From positions 1 through 35,311 of the forward strand of contig NW_021828093.1 in assembly GCF_006345805.1 (NCBI RefSeq): DNA of 35,311 bases, written 5' to 3'. This stretch comes from Octopus sinensis (Eukaryota). Under the pieces are notes generated by a model. The model made no database searches and was not told the DNA's origin. It worked only from the letters and a program-made list of their open reading frames with translations. Each line of letters opens with the position of its first letter. Position 1 is the stretch's first letter. Shown here piece by piece: positions 23,406-34,721 of the stretch. Position numbers and translations under genes: made by a program.

Positions 23406-23536
23406 ACACTCATAATCATAATAATAACAACAAATTGTTGTTTAAGTTTACCGATAATAGTTCTTTTAACATGCTGAAACTACTTGGTAAAATTATTGAT
23501 AATTAACAATTATTAATGAATTAATTCTACACTATA

Positions 23537-23537
23537 A

Positions 23538-23603
<66 letters not shown>

Positions 23604-23630
23604 CATTATATATATATATATATATATATT
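23537..23630. repeat. (ATT)n then (TA)n
   Basis: Direct inspection. Confidence 0.95.
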
Positions 23631-23840
23631 ATGTGAAATAGAAAGATGAATAATCTTGTAGTAGAGTAATCAAAAGTTTAACCGATACCTTAGTAGCAAA
23701 AATCACAGCAGTGAACAGCACGGTTGGAGGTACAACCATCTGGCGTTGCAACCGTGCGTTGGTGCGGATAATTGAAATTAAAACATTATTGGTGAATTGA
23801 AGAAATGGAGCTGAACGCAGATTGAACAGAAATCGTTTTA

Positions 23841-23929
23841 TTTCACTCTACACGTGTTTCGAAAGGCACAAATTACCAAAATCCGATTGAATAATGGGAC
23901 CATATTGTGTCTTTCTCTTCAGGAAGAAA
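23841..23929 (-). ncRNA. Type I hammerhead ribozyme motif (left arm)
   Basis: Mirror of 24099-24187: core at 23916-23922, GUA cleavage base at 23849. Confidence 0.8.
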
Positions 23930-24098
23930 AAAGGAAATCCGTTGGAAAACAAAAACAGAACAGAGGCAGAGCAAAAAACAAATCGAACTGTGCTCCTAAG
24001 AGCCCATGGCGAGTTTCGCCATGGGCTCTTAGGAGCACAGTTCGATTTGTTTTTTGCTCTGCCTCTGTTCTGTTTTTGTTTTTCCAACGGATTTCCTT

Positions 24099-24187
24099 TT
24101 TCTTCCTGAAGAGAAAGACACAATATGGTCCCATTATTCAATCGGATTTTGGTAATTTGTGCCTTTCGAAACACGTGTAGAATGAAA
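24099..24187 (+). ncRNA. Type I hammerhead ribozyme motif (right arm)
   Basis: CTGAAGA 24106-24112; stem II GAAAGACACAA/TTGTGCCTTTC (10 of 11 pairs); GAAA 24168-24171; C-ACGT-G stem III (palindromic CACGTG); GUA 24177-24179; stem I TTTCTTC/GAA(T)GAAA. Confidence 0.8.
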
Positions 24188-24244
24188 TAAAACGATTTCT
24201 GTTCAATCTGCGTTCAGCTCCATTTCTTCAATTCACCAATAATG

Positions 24245-24290
<46 letters not shown>

Positions 24291-24469
24291 TGGTTTTACT
24301 TTAAGGAGAACTGTGGTGATAGCGAATTCGAAGTTTCGGCCTGCTGGTTTCGTTGTATTGTCACCTGTCTTGTAAATGTACTCTGATATGTACTTTAGCA
24401 GATGCATCGTGTAATTTTTCAGTTTAAAGTAAAATTGTTTTTATTGTAATCCAACAGAAAAACAAATAC

Positions 24470-24520
24470 TAACATATATACATATATATTATATATATTA
24501 TATATATAATATATATATTT

Positions 24521-24557
<37 letters not shown>

Positions 24558-24657
24558 GGTATATATATATGATAGTACGCGTGGACACACTCATACATGC
24601 ACACACACATATACACGCACAAACACACACACAAACATATACACAAACACACACATG

Positions 24658-24691
<34 letters not shown>

Positions 24692-25120
24692 TATGCATAG
24701 GCATCTATCTATGTACATATAAATATATCGATTATAGATTACTATATATAAAACATACTAACATACATATATTCATACATGCATGCATACATGCATACAT
24801 GCATATATACATATATAAATACATACAGGCATACATATACATAATATATACATGCATACATACATATATATATGCATATATAAATAAATGTATGCACACA
24901 CATATATATATATATATTCATACATGCATGCATAAATGCATACATACAGATATACATACATGCATACATATATACATACATATATACATACATATATACA
25001 TACATGCATATATATACATACATATGTACACACATATATATATAAATATACATGCATGCATATATATACATACATACAGATATACAAACATACTTATATA
25101 CATACATACATATTTACATA
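24470..25120. repeat. Compound TA/CA/TGCA microsatellite field
   Basis: Direct inspection. Confidence 0.9.
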
Positions 25121-25665
25121 CTCAAAAGGCGTTTATTAGTGTGCTGCTATATAGAAGCAGAGAAAGGGGAATCTTCTTTGATGTAAAACTCCGCCCGAAA
25201 TCTTCCGTCCATATATCAAGTTGTACTCTAGACGAATTTACAATTCTGATTGTATTTACTATTCGATTCATGCTTTCACTAGCCCGTCACTAGCCTATCG
25301 TAATTCAACATTATAAGATTCACTAATGTTTTGATACGTTGTTGGTGGTTGTCTTGGTGACTGCTAATCCACTGCATGCCATCTTGAAGAGGGAAAACAG
25401 AGACTCCCTAGCTTTGACGTCAATAGAACTAATTCCCAATTGATACATATGTCTGATTGCGAAAACGTACAGCAATTGGCAGCACTGTTTATCACACTTG
25501 CATGAGATAAATGGAGTATCGATTAGCTGATATTGTTGACTCTCAATCAGCTTACACAACGGTGACAGAGAACCACGCACACAGATACATACTCATAGAG
25601 AATATTAGACACCTGCAGGGGTTATATGTACATGCAATGCACATGAACGCAAATATATCCATACC

Positions 25666-26260
25666 GTACAAAGACACACACTGACACGCACACATGTATT
25701 CACACACGCATATATATACATATATGCATATATATATATGTACATACATACATACATACATATATGCATTCATATATACATCCATATGTACGTACATACA
25801 TAATACATGCATATATACACACATGCATACGTACAAATACATGCATACGTACGAAGACATACTGACACACATACACGTATTCACACACGCATATACATAT
25901 ATGCATACATACATATTTGCATACATATATACATACATATATGCATACATATATACATACATATGTACATACATACATGCATATATACACACATGCATAC
26001 GTACAAAGACACACACTAACACATACACATGTATTAACACACGTATATACATACATATATACATATATACATACATGTATATGTACATACATACGCATAA
26101 ACATCCATACGTATATACATACGTATATCTATATGTAAATACAAACATATATACATGTATGCATACATATATAATTGCATATATATGTGCGTACATATAT
26201 CCATCATACATATATACACACAAACATAGGTATGTATGTATATTCATATGTACATGAGCA
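25666..26260. repeat. Compound microsatellite with three ~150-185-bp higher-order units
   Basis: GTAC(A/G)AAGACA...GTATT(C/A)ACACAC recurs at 25666, 25849 and 26001. Confidence 0.75.
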
Positions 26261-26512
26261 ATACACACCTAACTCGGGGAAAGCAGGGAGAGAGAGAGAG
26301 AAAGAAAAAGACAGACAGACAGACAGATTGGTTAGGGAGGATCACCAATATATCGTACGTATATGACGTACCATAAAATCTCAAATGTAATCTTTGGTAT
26401 CCCATAAATGATCATCAGTGCGACATGTGCACGGAAACACACACACACACACACATAGATACGTATGTGCATGCGGGTATGTTGACGCTAATAAAACGAA
26501 TACCTATGCACA

Positions 26513-26649
26513 GGCGTAGCTGTGTCGTAAGAAGCTTGCTTTCCAACCATATGGTTCTGGGTTCAATCCTACCGTAATCTACTATAGCCACGGGTCGACC
26601 AAATTCTTGTGAGTGGATTTGCTAGATAGAAACTAAAAGAAGCCCGTCG

Positions 26650-26681
<32 letters not shown>

Positions 26682-26757
26682 AGAGGTTTGACCACTAACA
26701 GTGGACAGCCTGTATGCTAGATATAGACGTCAAAATACGTATGTATGTATGTGTGTA

Positions 26758-26788
<31 letters not shown>

Positions 26789-27020
26789 TATATGTATGTA
26801 TGTGCGTGTGTGTGTGTCTGAGTTTGGGCCACCACCATCGCTTCACAACCAGTGTTGGTTTGATTACATCCCCGTAAACTAGCGGTTCGAAAATAAGACA
26901 CCGACAAAATAATTACTAGGCTTACAAAGAGTAAGTCCTGGGATAGATTCCTTCGAATAAAGGCTGTGCTCCAGCATGGCTGCAGTCAGGTGACTCAAAC
27001 AAGTAAAGGATTAAAAGAAT
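26513..27020 (+). mobile_element. SINE family A, diverged, extra sequence in the central microsatellite
   Basis: 5' half 26513-26650 and 3' half ~26810-27020 are similar to 13301-13723. Confidence 0.85.
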
Positions 27021-27068
27021 ATCTATGTTTATACACGTACCCCCTCACATATATATATATACACACAC

Positions 27069-27108
<40 letters not shown>

Positions 27109-27885
27109 GCACACACACATATATACGTATAAACATATATTGCTACGCACACACACACACAAATGCAAGTACGCAAGTAAATTATTGACAGTGATTTCGA
27201 AGTTTCGGGCAGCTACGTTATCGTTGTCAATAACATTCTCGTTTGAGAATAATAATTTTGTACTCTACGAAGGTTTAGAGTAACTCTCCAGATTAACGTG
27301 GAATCGTTTCTATTATAACTGAACGTTAAAACCCAAAATATCAATATATACAGATATATATTCACATACACAGACACATACACAGTCACAAAGACAGACA
27401 CACAGATATACATACACACACGTATTCAATGACGGTATTCAATCTCTGTAATAAAGCTCTATGAGGTATGACATGAATAAACCCCAAAAAAAGATCTGAA
27501 GAACAAAATGTGGACTAGTTAAATCCAGTGCAGAGCACTACTACAAGCAGCTACGATAAGATAGAGAAAGTGAAAGTAAAACTAACTAACTAACAAAAAC
27601 AAACAAATTGATAAACGTCGCGTGATGTATACACAATGTCTCTCGCTATATAAATATCCAATACTAACATCTCTGCCGCCATCGAATACGCTATAATTTG
27701 TATATACACTAAATAAATAAGATAACCCACCAACACCACAAAAAAAACAATAAATGAATAAATGTTGGCAAGTCATCTACCTAAGCCATCTTGCTGAGGG
27801 ATTTCATTTATTTTATTTAACACATATTAAACGCAAGCACACGCACACTCATACATATATAAATAAATACACACGCACACACACA

Positions 27886-27959
<74 letters not shown>

Positions 27960-28046
27960 CGAGAAACGTTTATATATATATATATATATATATACATACA
28001 CACGCACATATATAGATATAAACATATCTATTTTTTTAACTGTAGC

Positions 28047-28077
<31 letters not shown>

Positions 28078-28349
28078 GTATATATATATATATATTGACA
28101 TTTATATATATGCGTGTGTATATAATATTAATATCATGTGGTTATAAACTTATAACTTTCATTGGAAAGCTTCTCTGCGGATGTCGACTATCATATGCTC
28201 TCATACACCAGATATATATATATTACTAGATATATATGTGGAAATCCGTTTGTGTTAGCAGAATTCAAACAAAAAATATTTATAATGCAGTAAGGTGGAA
28301 TGAACGGGATTTAATCTATACACAGCAATGTTTTTTCTTCGCATTAGGA

Positions 28350-28422
28350 AACAGCTGTTAGTTTTTTTCATTTCATTTCATCTAGTTTCAGCTCACGAGC
28401 TGTGGCCATGCTGGGGCACCGC
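28350..28422 (-). mobile_element. SINE 3' fragment
   Basis: TAGTTTCAGCTCACGAGCTGTGGCCATGCTGGGGCACCGC; reverse of the 15868 type. Confidence 0.7.
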
Positions 28423-28555
28423 AATTCGGTGTTGCTACATGATTTTACTTCACGAATGCCTTTTAGCAATTGACAATTGGTGCATGAGAGAGTTTGATGC
28501 AGCGGCCCTCATCTGCACCTCCTGCCGTGAAGTTGTTGGGTTTTCTGTATTATAG

Positions 28556-28619
28556 TTGTTATTATATGCATGTAATATAGATATGATCCAGCAATACTTG
28601 TGTCCTCACACGTCATCAG
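28556..28619 (+). CDS. Candidate host-gene exon D (LLLYACNIDMIQQYLCPHTSS-)
   Basis: Acceptor TTTTCTGTATTATAG| and donor CAG|GTGAGT; only phase 0 is open; ends phase 1. Confidence 0.35.
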
Positions 28620-29231
28620 GTGAGTAGCTTTGAGAGCAGGCAAACAGCTTATCTTTTTACATGTGTGTGTATAAGTGACTAAATAAGGGTACAACATACC
28701 GACTATGAAAAAAGTATAAAACGACCCTCAAATGAAAAGATTCACAAAGGTCACCTTTTGACGAGAACTCACCAACATTTTTGACCACTCCTAAAAATAT
28801 TCCATTTCTTTATTCCTGATAGACTAATCTTTTCTCACTACCATTTTCAATTAGGTTTTGTCTTCTTAACTTCCACCTTTTTCTTTTTCCTTTATCCTTT
28901 TTACTTTTAGTTTCTTCTTTTCTTCTTCCTTCGTTTTTCACACATGCTGTTGTATTTACTTTTTGTATTCTTTTACTATTTTTATACTATTTTTTATATT
29001 ATTTCGTATATTCTTTATATTTTATTCTTTTCTATCTTTTATTTTCTATTTTTAATGTTTATTTGTATACTTGTAAGAAAAAAATCTTTTGCCATATAAA
29101 CAACCGTCGAAACCACAGAATTTCAGTTTCAAAACGTCTAGCGGAAAGCTCAAAACTCATTAGAGTAACTGTAAACATTATCATTGAAATAAAAATTATC
29201 CCCCACAAAGCCATCGCTACTCTTGTGTGTA

Positions 29232-29291
<60 letters not shown>

Positions 29292-29355
29292 ATATATATG
29301 TAGATAGATAAATAGATAGATATACATAGATATATAGATATATTATATATATAAT

Positions 29356-29389
<34 letters not shown>

Positions 29390-30045
29390 ATATATATGCG
29401 ATATTCCTATATATATATACATACAGATACGGACACACACATACATATGCGTATATAAACGTGAGTGTGCACATAGTTTTTTCATTGTTGTCATGGAAAC
29501 TTTCTGGGCTTTCTATATCGGTTTCTATGGCAACTTTAATTTGATTTGCTTTTTCGCCCTCATAGATATGTTGCTGCGATTGTTGTTATAGTTATTGCTG
29601 TTGTTTTTTTTTGTTTGATTGTTTTTTTTTATATTGGTAGCTATGACGGAGAGTTACATGAACGCGGGTGCGTATGCATGTGTAAAATCTAGATTGTTAT
29701 GGAAGGGTATGTGAGCAAATAATTTATTTTTACTGTTTTTTTGTTATATTTTCTTTCAAGATTTTTATTCATGGATATATTTTTTGTAATTCTTCGTCGC
29801 TTTTATAAATAGGCTTGTGCGTGTGTGTGTATGTGTGTGCGTATGCCACAATTTGAGTTGACTTACATTTCTACTCTTGTTTTTTATGACAATATAAAGC
29901 CCCATATATTATCGAGATATCACACATTGATACCGCGATCAAATTACATCGATAAATACACACACAGAGGCTTGTTGAAATGCGCAAACGTACCTACATA
30001 TAAAACGAAGGCATGTATTTACAGCTATATGAGACTCATAGTGTA

Positions 30046-30080
<35 letters not shown>

Positions 30081-30082
<2 letters not shown>

Positions 30083-30459
30083 CTTTTACCTTCTTTTCTT
30101 TTAAATGTTTCAGGCATTTGACTGCGGCCATGCTGGAGCACCGCCTGTCTTCGAGCAAATCGACCCCAGGACTTATTCTTTGTAAGCCTCGTACATATGC
30201 TATCGGTCTCTTTTGCTGAACCGCTAAACTACGGGGTCGTAAGCACACCAGCATCAGTTGTCAGGCGATGTTGGGGGGACAAACACAGACACACAGACAT
30301 ACATCACATACGCGCGCACGCGCACGCACACACATATATATATACATGTACTACGAGCTTCTACCAAATCCACTAACAAGGCTTTGGTCGGCAGTGCGAC
30401 TGAACTCAGGACCATGTGGTTTGTAAGCAAGCTACGTACCACACAGCCACTCCTACGCC
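30081..30459 (-). mobile_element. SINE family A, near full length
   Basis: Reverse-complement similarity to 13301-13723. Confidence 0.9.
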
Positions 30460-30481
30460 TATATATATAGATATATATACA

Positions 30482-30527
<46 letters not shown>

Positions 30528-30543
30528 CACACACACACACATA

Positions 30544-30583
<40 letters not shown>

Positions 30584-30598
30584 TTACGTACATACATA

Positions 30599-30750
30599 TT
30601 GGGTTGGTGCATAATTACTGCGGCTTTTTTTCAACAAATTTCATTTTACAAAAAGAATAACAATATGAAACAAAAACATCTTTAAATGATTATTCAGGAG
30701 CATATTCACCATCTCCTTCAATTACTGCTTCCCATTTGCTTGGCTGACTA
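30599..30750 (-). mobile_element. mariner 3'-terminal fragment
   Basis: TA|TTGGGTTGGTGCATAATT TIR; minus strand gives PSKWEAVIEGDGEYAPE* (mariner C-terminus). Confidence 0.8.
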
Positions 30751-30792
30751 TCATTTAAATATGTTTTTGTTAATTATTGTTGTTGCTTTTGT

Positions 30793-30847
<55 letters not shown>

Positions 30848-30966
30848 CAACAATTGAGGGTAAAATTAATTAATTAATCAATTTCACCAAGTATTCAGTA
30901 TGCAAAGGGACCATTTAAGGCGAATTCAAATGTAATGTAATTATATATAATATATATTATTATATA

Positions 30967-31013
<47 letters not shown>

Positions 31014-31046
31014 TTTATTTAAAGCAGCAGAAAATTCAACAAAAAA

Positions 31047-31082
31047 TGTTACTCTGAGTTTCACGTTGCCGTTCATCGGACA
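31047..31082 (-). ncRNA. Minimal type I hammerhead motif with U4C core
   Basis: Minus strand: TGT CCGATGA ACG GCAA CGT GAAA CTCAGAG TA ACA. Stems I and II pair, GNRA loop, GUA triplet. Confidence 0.7.
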
Positions 31083-31215
31083 GTTTTTGCTAGAATAGAA
31101 CCGATATGTCAATTCTATCCAAACTAGTATAAACGCTACACCTTTAAAAATGGACTTGTTTGATTGGTCCTTTACAAATAACGGTCAATTTTCGAGCGAT
31201 AAACAAAAATGAGCT

Positions 31216-31255
<40 letters not shown>

Positions 31256-32152
31256 ATTATAAAATTCGAGGAAAAAACCTTAATTGTCAAAATACAAAAT
31301 ACATATTGTCATTAATAAAGGAAATATAATTAATACATGGAAATTGAAAATAAAATGTTAAAATGCATTAAAATATTACACGGCAGTACATATTCATGTT
31401 AAACTAGACATATATACATCAACATACACAGATAGATGCGTGCAGACCAAATACATATACAAACGTATAAATATAAAGCTAAAATATACACACAAATGCA
31501 TGTACATATATGCATACGCAATCTAGTTCGCACGCAAAACCACTGTATCTATAAAGACTATAAGCTAAAATCATGGATGGGGAAGGGGCGTTCTTATTTA
31601 CAATATAAAGTTGAAGACATGGGTAAGGGAGGGGGGACGTAAAGTTACAGGACTCTACAAGTAACGAAAGTAAGAGAGAGAAAACACGAAAGAAAGGAAG
31701 AGAGAAAAAAGGAAGAGAGAGAAAAAAGAAGAAAAAGGGGGGAAGGAGAAAACGAAAGAAGAAAAATTATGTATACAAACTGTGCAAGCACATATACTGA
31801 CACATATATATAGAGACAAGTACGCAAACACACAAGTTCAAGTGGATACATACACATACAATCGTGTATGTATGTGCTTAAGTACAAACATACGCTCACT
31901 TACACATATACAAAGACGTATGCTTACAAATACATATTCGTGGCTATACACATATTTACATCAAAATGCCTAGGTTCTGACAACATTGTTTTTTAAAAAA
32001 TGGTGAGTGTAATAATAAAAATTATACGAAAGATGATATAACACCCTATTTCGGATCATCTATAAATTAAATATCAAAGTAAGCCTATACAATATAATAA
32101 GATGAAATAAACTAAGTCGAAGGTTTTTCCTAAGGAATATGTAGAAATATAA

Positions 32153-32338
32153 ACAAGAGCGGTACCATACAGACATGGAGCACATAAGAAAAAATTTAAG
32201 TGCAATCTTTGCCTAGTAGAGAAACTTTATATTTTATTCAAAGACAATAATTCTTTGAATCAAAGAAGTGAGCTGATGAACTCATGCAGGCACGCAACCA
32301 AATTTAAAATGTCAAACATAAATATACCATATAGATAG
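32153..32338 (+). pseudogene. Penelope GIY-YIG endonuclease C-terminal fragment
   Basis: TRAVPYRHGAHKKKFKCNLCLVEKLYILFKDNNSLNQRSELMNSCRHATKFKMSNI, matching the CxLC..EK..I....LN.R.E....CRH pattern of PLE endonucleases. Confidence 0.85.
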
Positions 32339-32873
32339 AGTATATTTTGTCTTTTTGTATTTTTGAATTTTGAAATTTTGATTTTTGATTCTTGGACTAG
32401 TCTGTAAACGCACCGATGGATTTGTTTCGCGCTATGCAGATTTCATTCCGTATATCAAAGTCTCGTGCATATATTTTGTTTATTTTGTTTATATTTTCAT
32501 TATTACACTCACCATTTTTTAAAAAACAATGTTGTCAGAACCTAGGCATTTTGATGTAAATATGTGTATAGCCACGAATATGTATTTGAAAGCATACGTC
32601 TTTGTATATGTGTAGGTGAGCGTATGTTTGTACTTAAGCACATACATACACGATTGTATGTGTATGTATCCACTTGAACTTGTGTGTTTGCGTACTTGTC
32701 TCTGTGTATGTTGATGTATATATGTATAGTTTAATATGAATATGTACTGCCGTGTAATATTTTAATGCATTTTAACATTTTATTTTCAATTTCCATGTAT
32801 TAATTATATTTCCTTTATTAATGACAATATGTATTTTATTCAATGTAAGGTTTTTTCCTCGAATTTTATAATT

Positions 32874-32942
<69 letters not shown>

Positions 32943-33017
32943 CGCTCATTTTTGTTTATCGCCGAAAATTGACCGTTATTTGTAAAGAACCAATCAAACA
33001 AGTTCATTTTTACTCGG

Positions 33018-33069
<52 letters not shown>

Positions 33070-33360
33070 ATATATATATATATACCGTCATTTCTGGACA
33101 AGCAAATCGTAACTAACGAGATGTACTCTATTAACAAATCCCTAATTCCACCTAGATTTACAGCCATGCGGCTTCCATATTTTTGCAAACTTCAGTATTA
33201 TTCTATTTAAACATATTTATACACATGCGGAAGGGATTTATAGAATCGTGGTCATCGCACGAAGTAAAGGGATACACATGCGTAATAAAATACACTATTT
33301 ACTTCCGTATATTTTCACAATAATCCAGCGGTTTGCATTCGGTTTGTTGTTCATTAACAG

Positions 33361-33401
33361 GCATCTTTAATTATCGGGTCTCTCACTTCTATCAGCAGCT
33401 G
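33361..33401 (+). CDS. Candidate host-gene exon E (-IFNYRVSHFYQQL)
   Basis: Acceptor TTTGTTGTTCATTAACAG| and donor CTG|GTACGT; phase 1 to 0. Confidence 0.35.
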
Positions 33402-33422
33402 GTACGTCTCGAAAATATCACC

Positions 33423-34040
33423 AGGATCATCATCGTCGTTGCCATCGTTATCATTGTAATCATCATCATCATCATCATCATCATTGTCATCATAATCATT
33501 GTCGGCACCATCGTCGTCGTCGCCATCGTCATCATTGTCATCATCTTCATCATCATCATCATCATCACCGTGATTATCACACATACGTACACACACACGC
33601 ACACACATATATACATATATACGACGGGCTTCTTCCAGTTTCCGTCCACCAAATCCACTCACAAGGCTTTGGTCGGCCCAAGGCTATAGTAGAAGATACT
33701 TATCCAAGGTGCCACGCAGTGGGACTGATCCCAGGACCATGTAGTTGGCATCGTAATCAGTCGTCGGCATCGCAATCAGTGTTATCGTCATCATCTTCAT
33801 CGTCGTCATCATCCTCGTCACCATCATTATTGTCATCATCATCATCATCGTAGTCGTCGTCATCATCATTGTCGCCATCGTCAGCGTTATCATCATCATC
33901 GTCGTCGTCGTCGTCGCCATCGTCATCATTGTCGTGATGATGATCACCATCATCGTTGTCGACACCATCGATATCATGATCATGATCATCATGATCATCA
34001 TCATAATCATCATCGCAATCATTACCATCATTCCTCTCGT
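33423..34040. repeat. Degenerate (CAT/CGT)n trinucleotide array split by a SINE fragment
   Basis: Direct inspection; arrays at 33423-33575 and ~33750-34040. Confidence 0.9.
33621..33750 (-). mobile_element. SINE family A, 5' half
   Basis: Reverse complement of the SINE head region. Confidence 0.85.
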
Positions 34041-34721
34041 CATTAATTGGGAATCATTATTAAAAGAATAAAAGAATCCATTATTTTTCTTTAATTGTCA
34101 CACAAAAAAACAAAAAAAAACAATAATCAGAAAAACAACAACAACAACAACAACAACACCCATGTGCAGCTTTGCCTTTGTAATGAATCTTGAACCATTA
34201 CAAAATCTCGTGTCAGTGGCACAGACGGATGAACGTGATTTGTCAGATAACATCGAAAACACTGATTGTGTATGTGTGCAGTGTTACATGGATGGTTCGA
34301 GAAAAGTTGTTCACTTGGGAATCAACTTTTCACCTCGACAGATTCATCATGGAAAATTAGTACAGTTTATTTTTTTTTTTTTTATGGAGTTATTTTACAA
34401 ATTTTGGTCGATGACAAAATTTTTTACGTTGAAATATTAATGATGTAATAATCTGACATTATTAAGCATTACTTTCAGGTTTATGCATCGTTCAGGACAT
34501 CTATTCTCTCTCTCACACACTCTCTCTCTCTTTCTTTCTCAATTTGTCCCTCTATCTTTCTCTATAAATGTCTCTGTGTCTTTTTCTTTCTCTCTTCCAC
34601 GCACACGCACACACACACACACACACACATACACATATTTGTCAATGATTTATCTCCTTACATCTCCTAAACTGAAGAATGTGAGAGTCCGAAACGTTAC
34701 ATGTTTCAAATCCTCACGTCA

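Larger units (their letters stand above)
23782..24246. repeat. 465-bp near-perfect palindrome (231-bp arms, 3-nt centre GTT)
   Basis: Arms differ by one substitution and two 1-nt homopolymer indels; centre at 24014. Confidence 0.97.
31011..33012. mobile_element. Truncated Penelope-like element with inverted pLTR
   Basis: Inverted arms 31145-32021 and 32493-33012 (31433-31814 is absent from the right arm) enclose a GIY-YIG C-terminus; HHR and AATAAA lie at the outer end of the left arm. Confidence 0.85.

Noticed and set aside
23848-24180. Mirror-image 108-aa ORFs on both strands
   Set aside because: A consequence of the palindrome; alternative start codon and no recognisable domain.
25323-25580. 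85-aa minus-strand ORF in unique sequence
   Set aside because: No motif or convincing splice sites recognised; cannot be supported.
28590-28620. Minus-strand CTGATGA with GTGT/ACAC stem
   Set aside because: No GAAA or stem III follows; it overlaps the candidate exon D donor.
33354-33430. Cadherin-like YQLLIEVRD in the minus-strand poly-Asp ORF
   Set aside because: One short motif with no other cadherin motifs; the ORF starts inside a SINE; the region is better explained by plus-strand splice sites.
34162-34440. 92-aa non-repetitive ORF as the next exon
   Set aside because: No recognisable homology, weak splice signals, and its phase is incompatible with candidate exon E.
34672-34705. CTGAAGA...CCGAAACGTT hammerhead-like motif
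   Set aside because: Stem II does not pair and stem I is not supported; at best a decayed relic.
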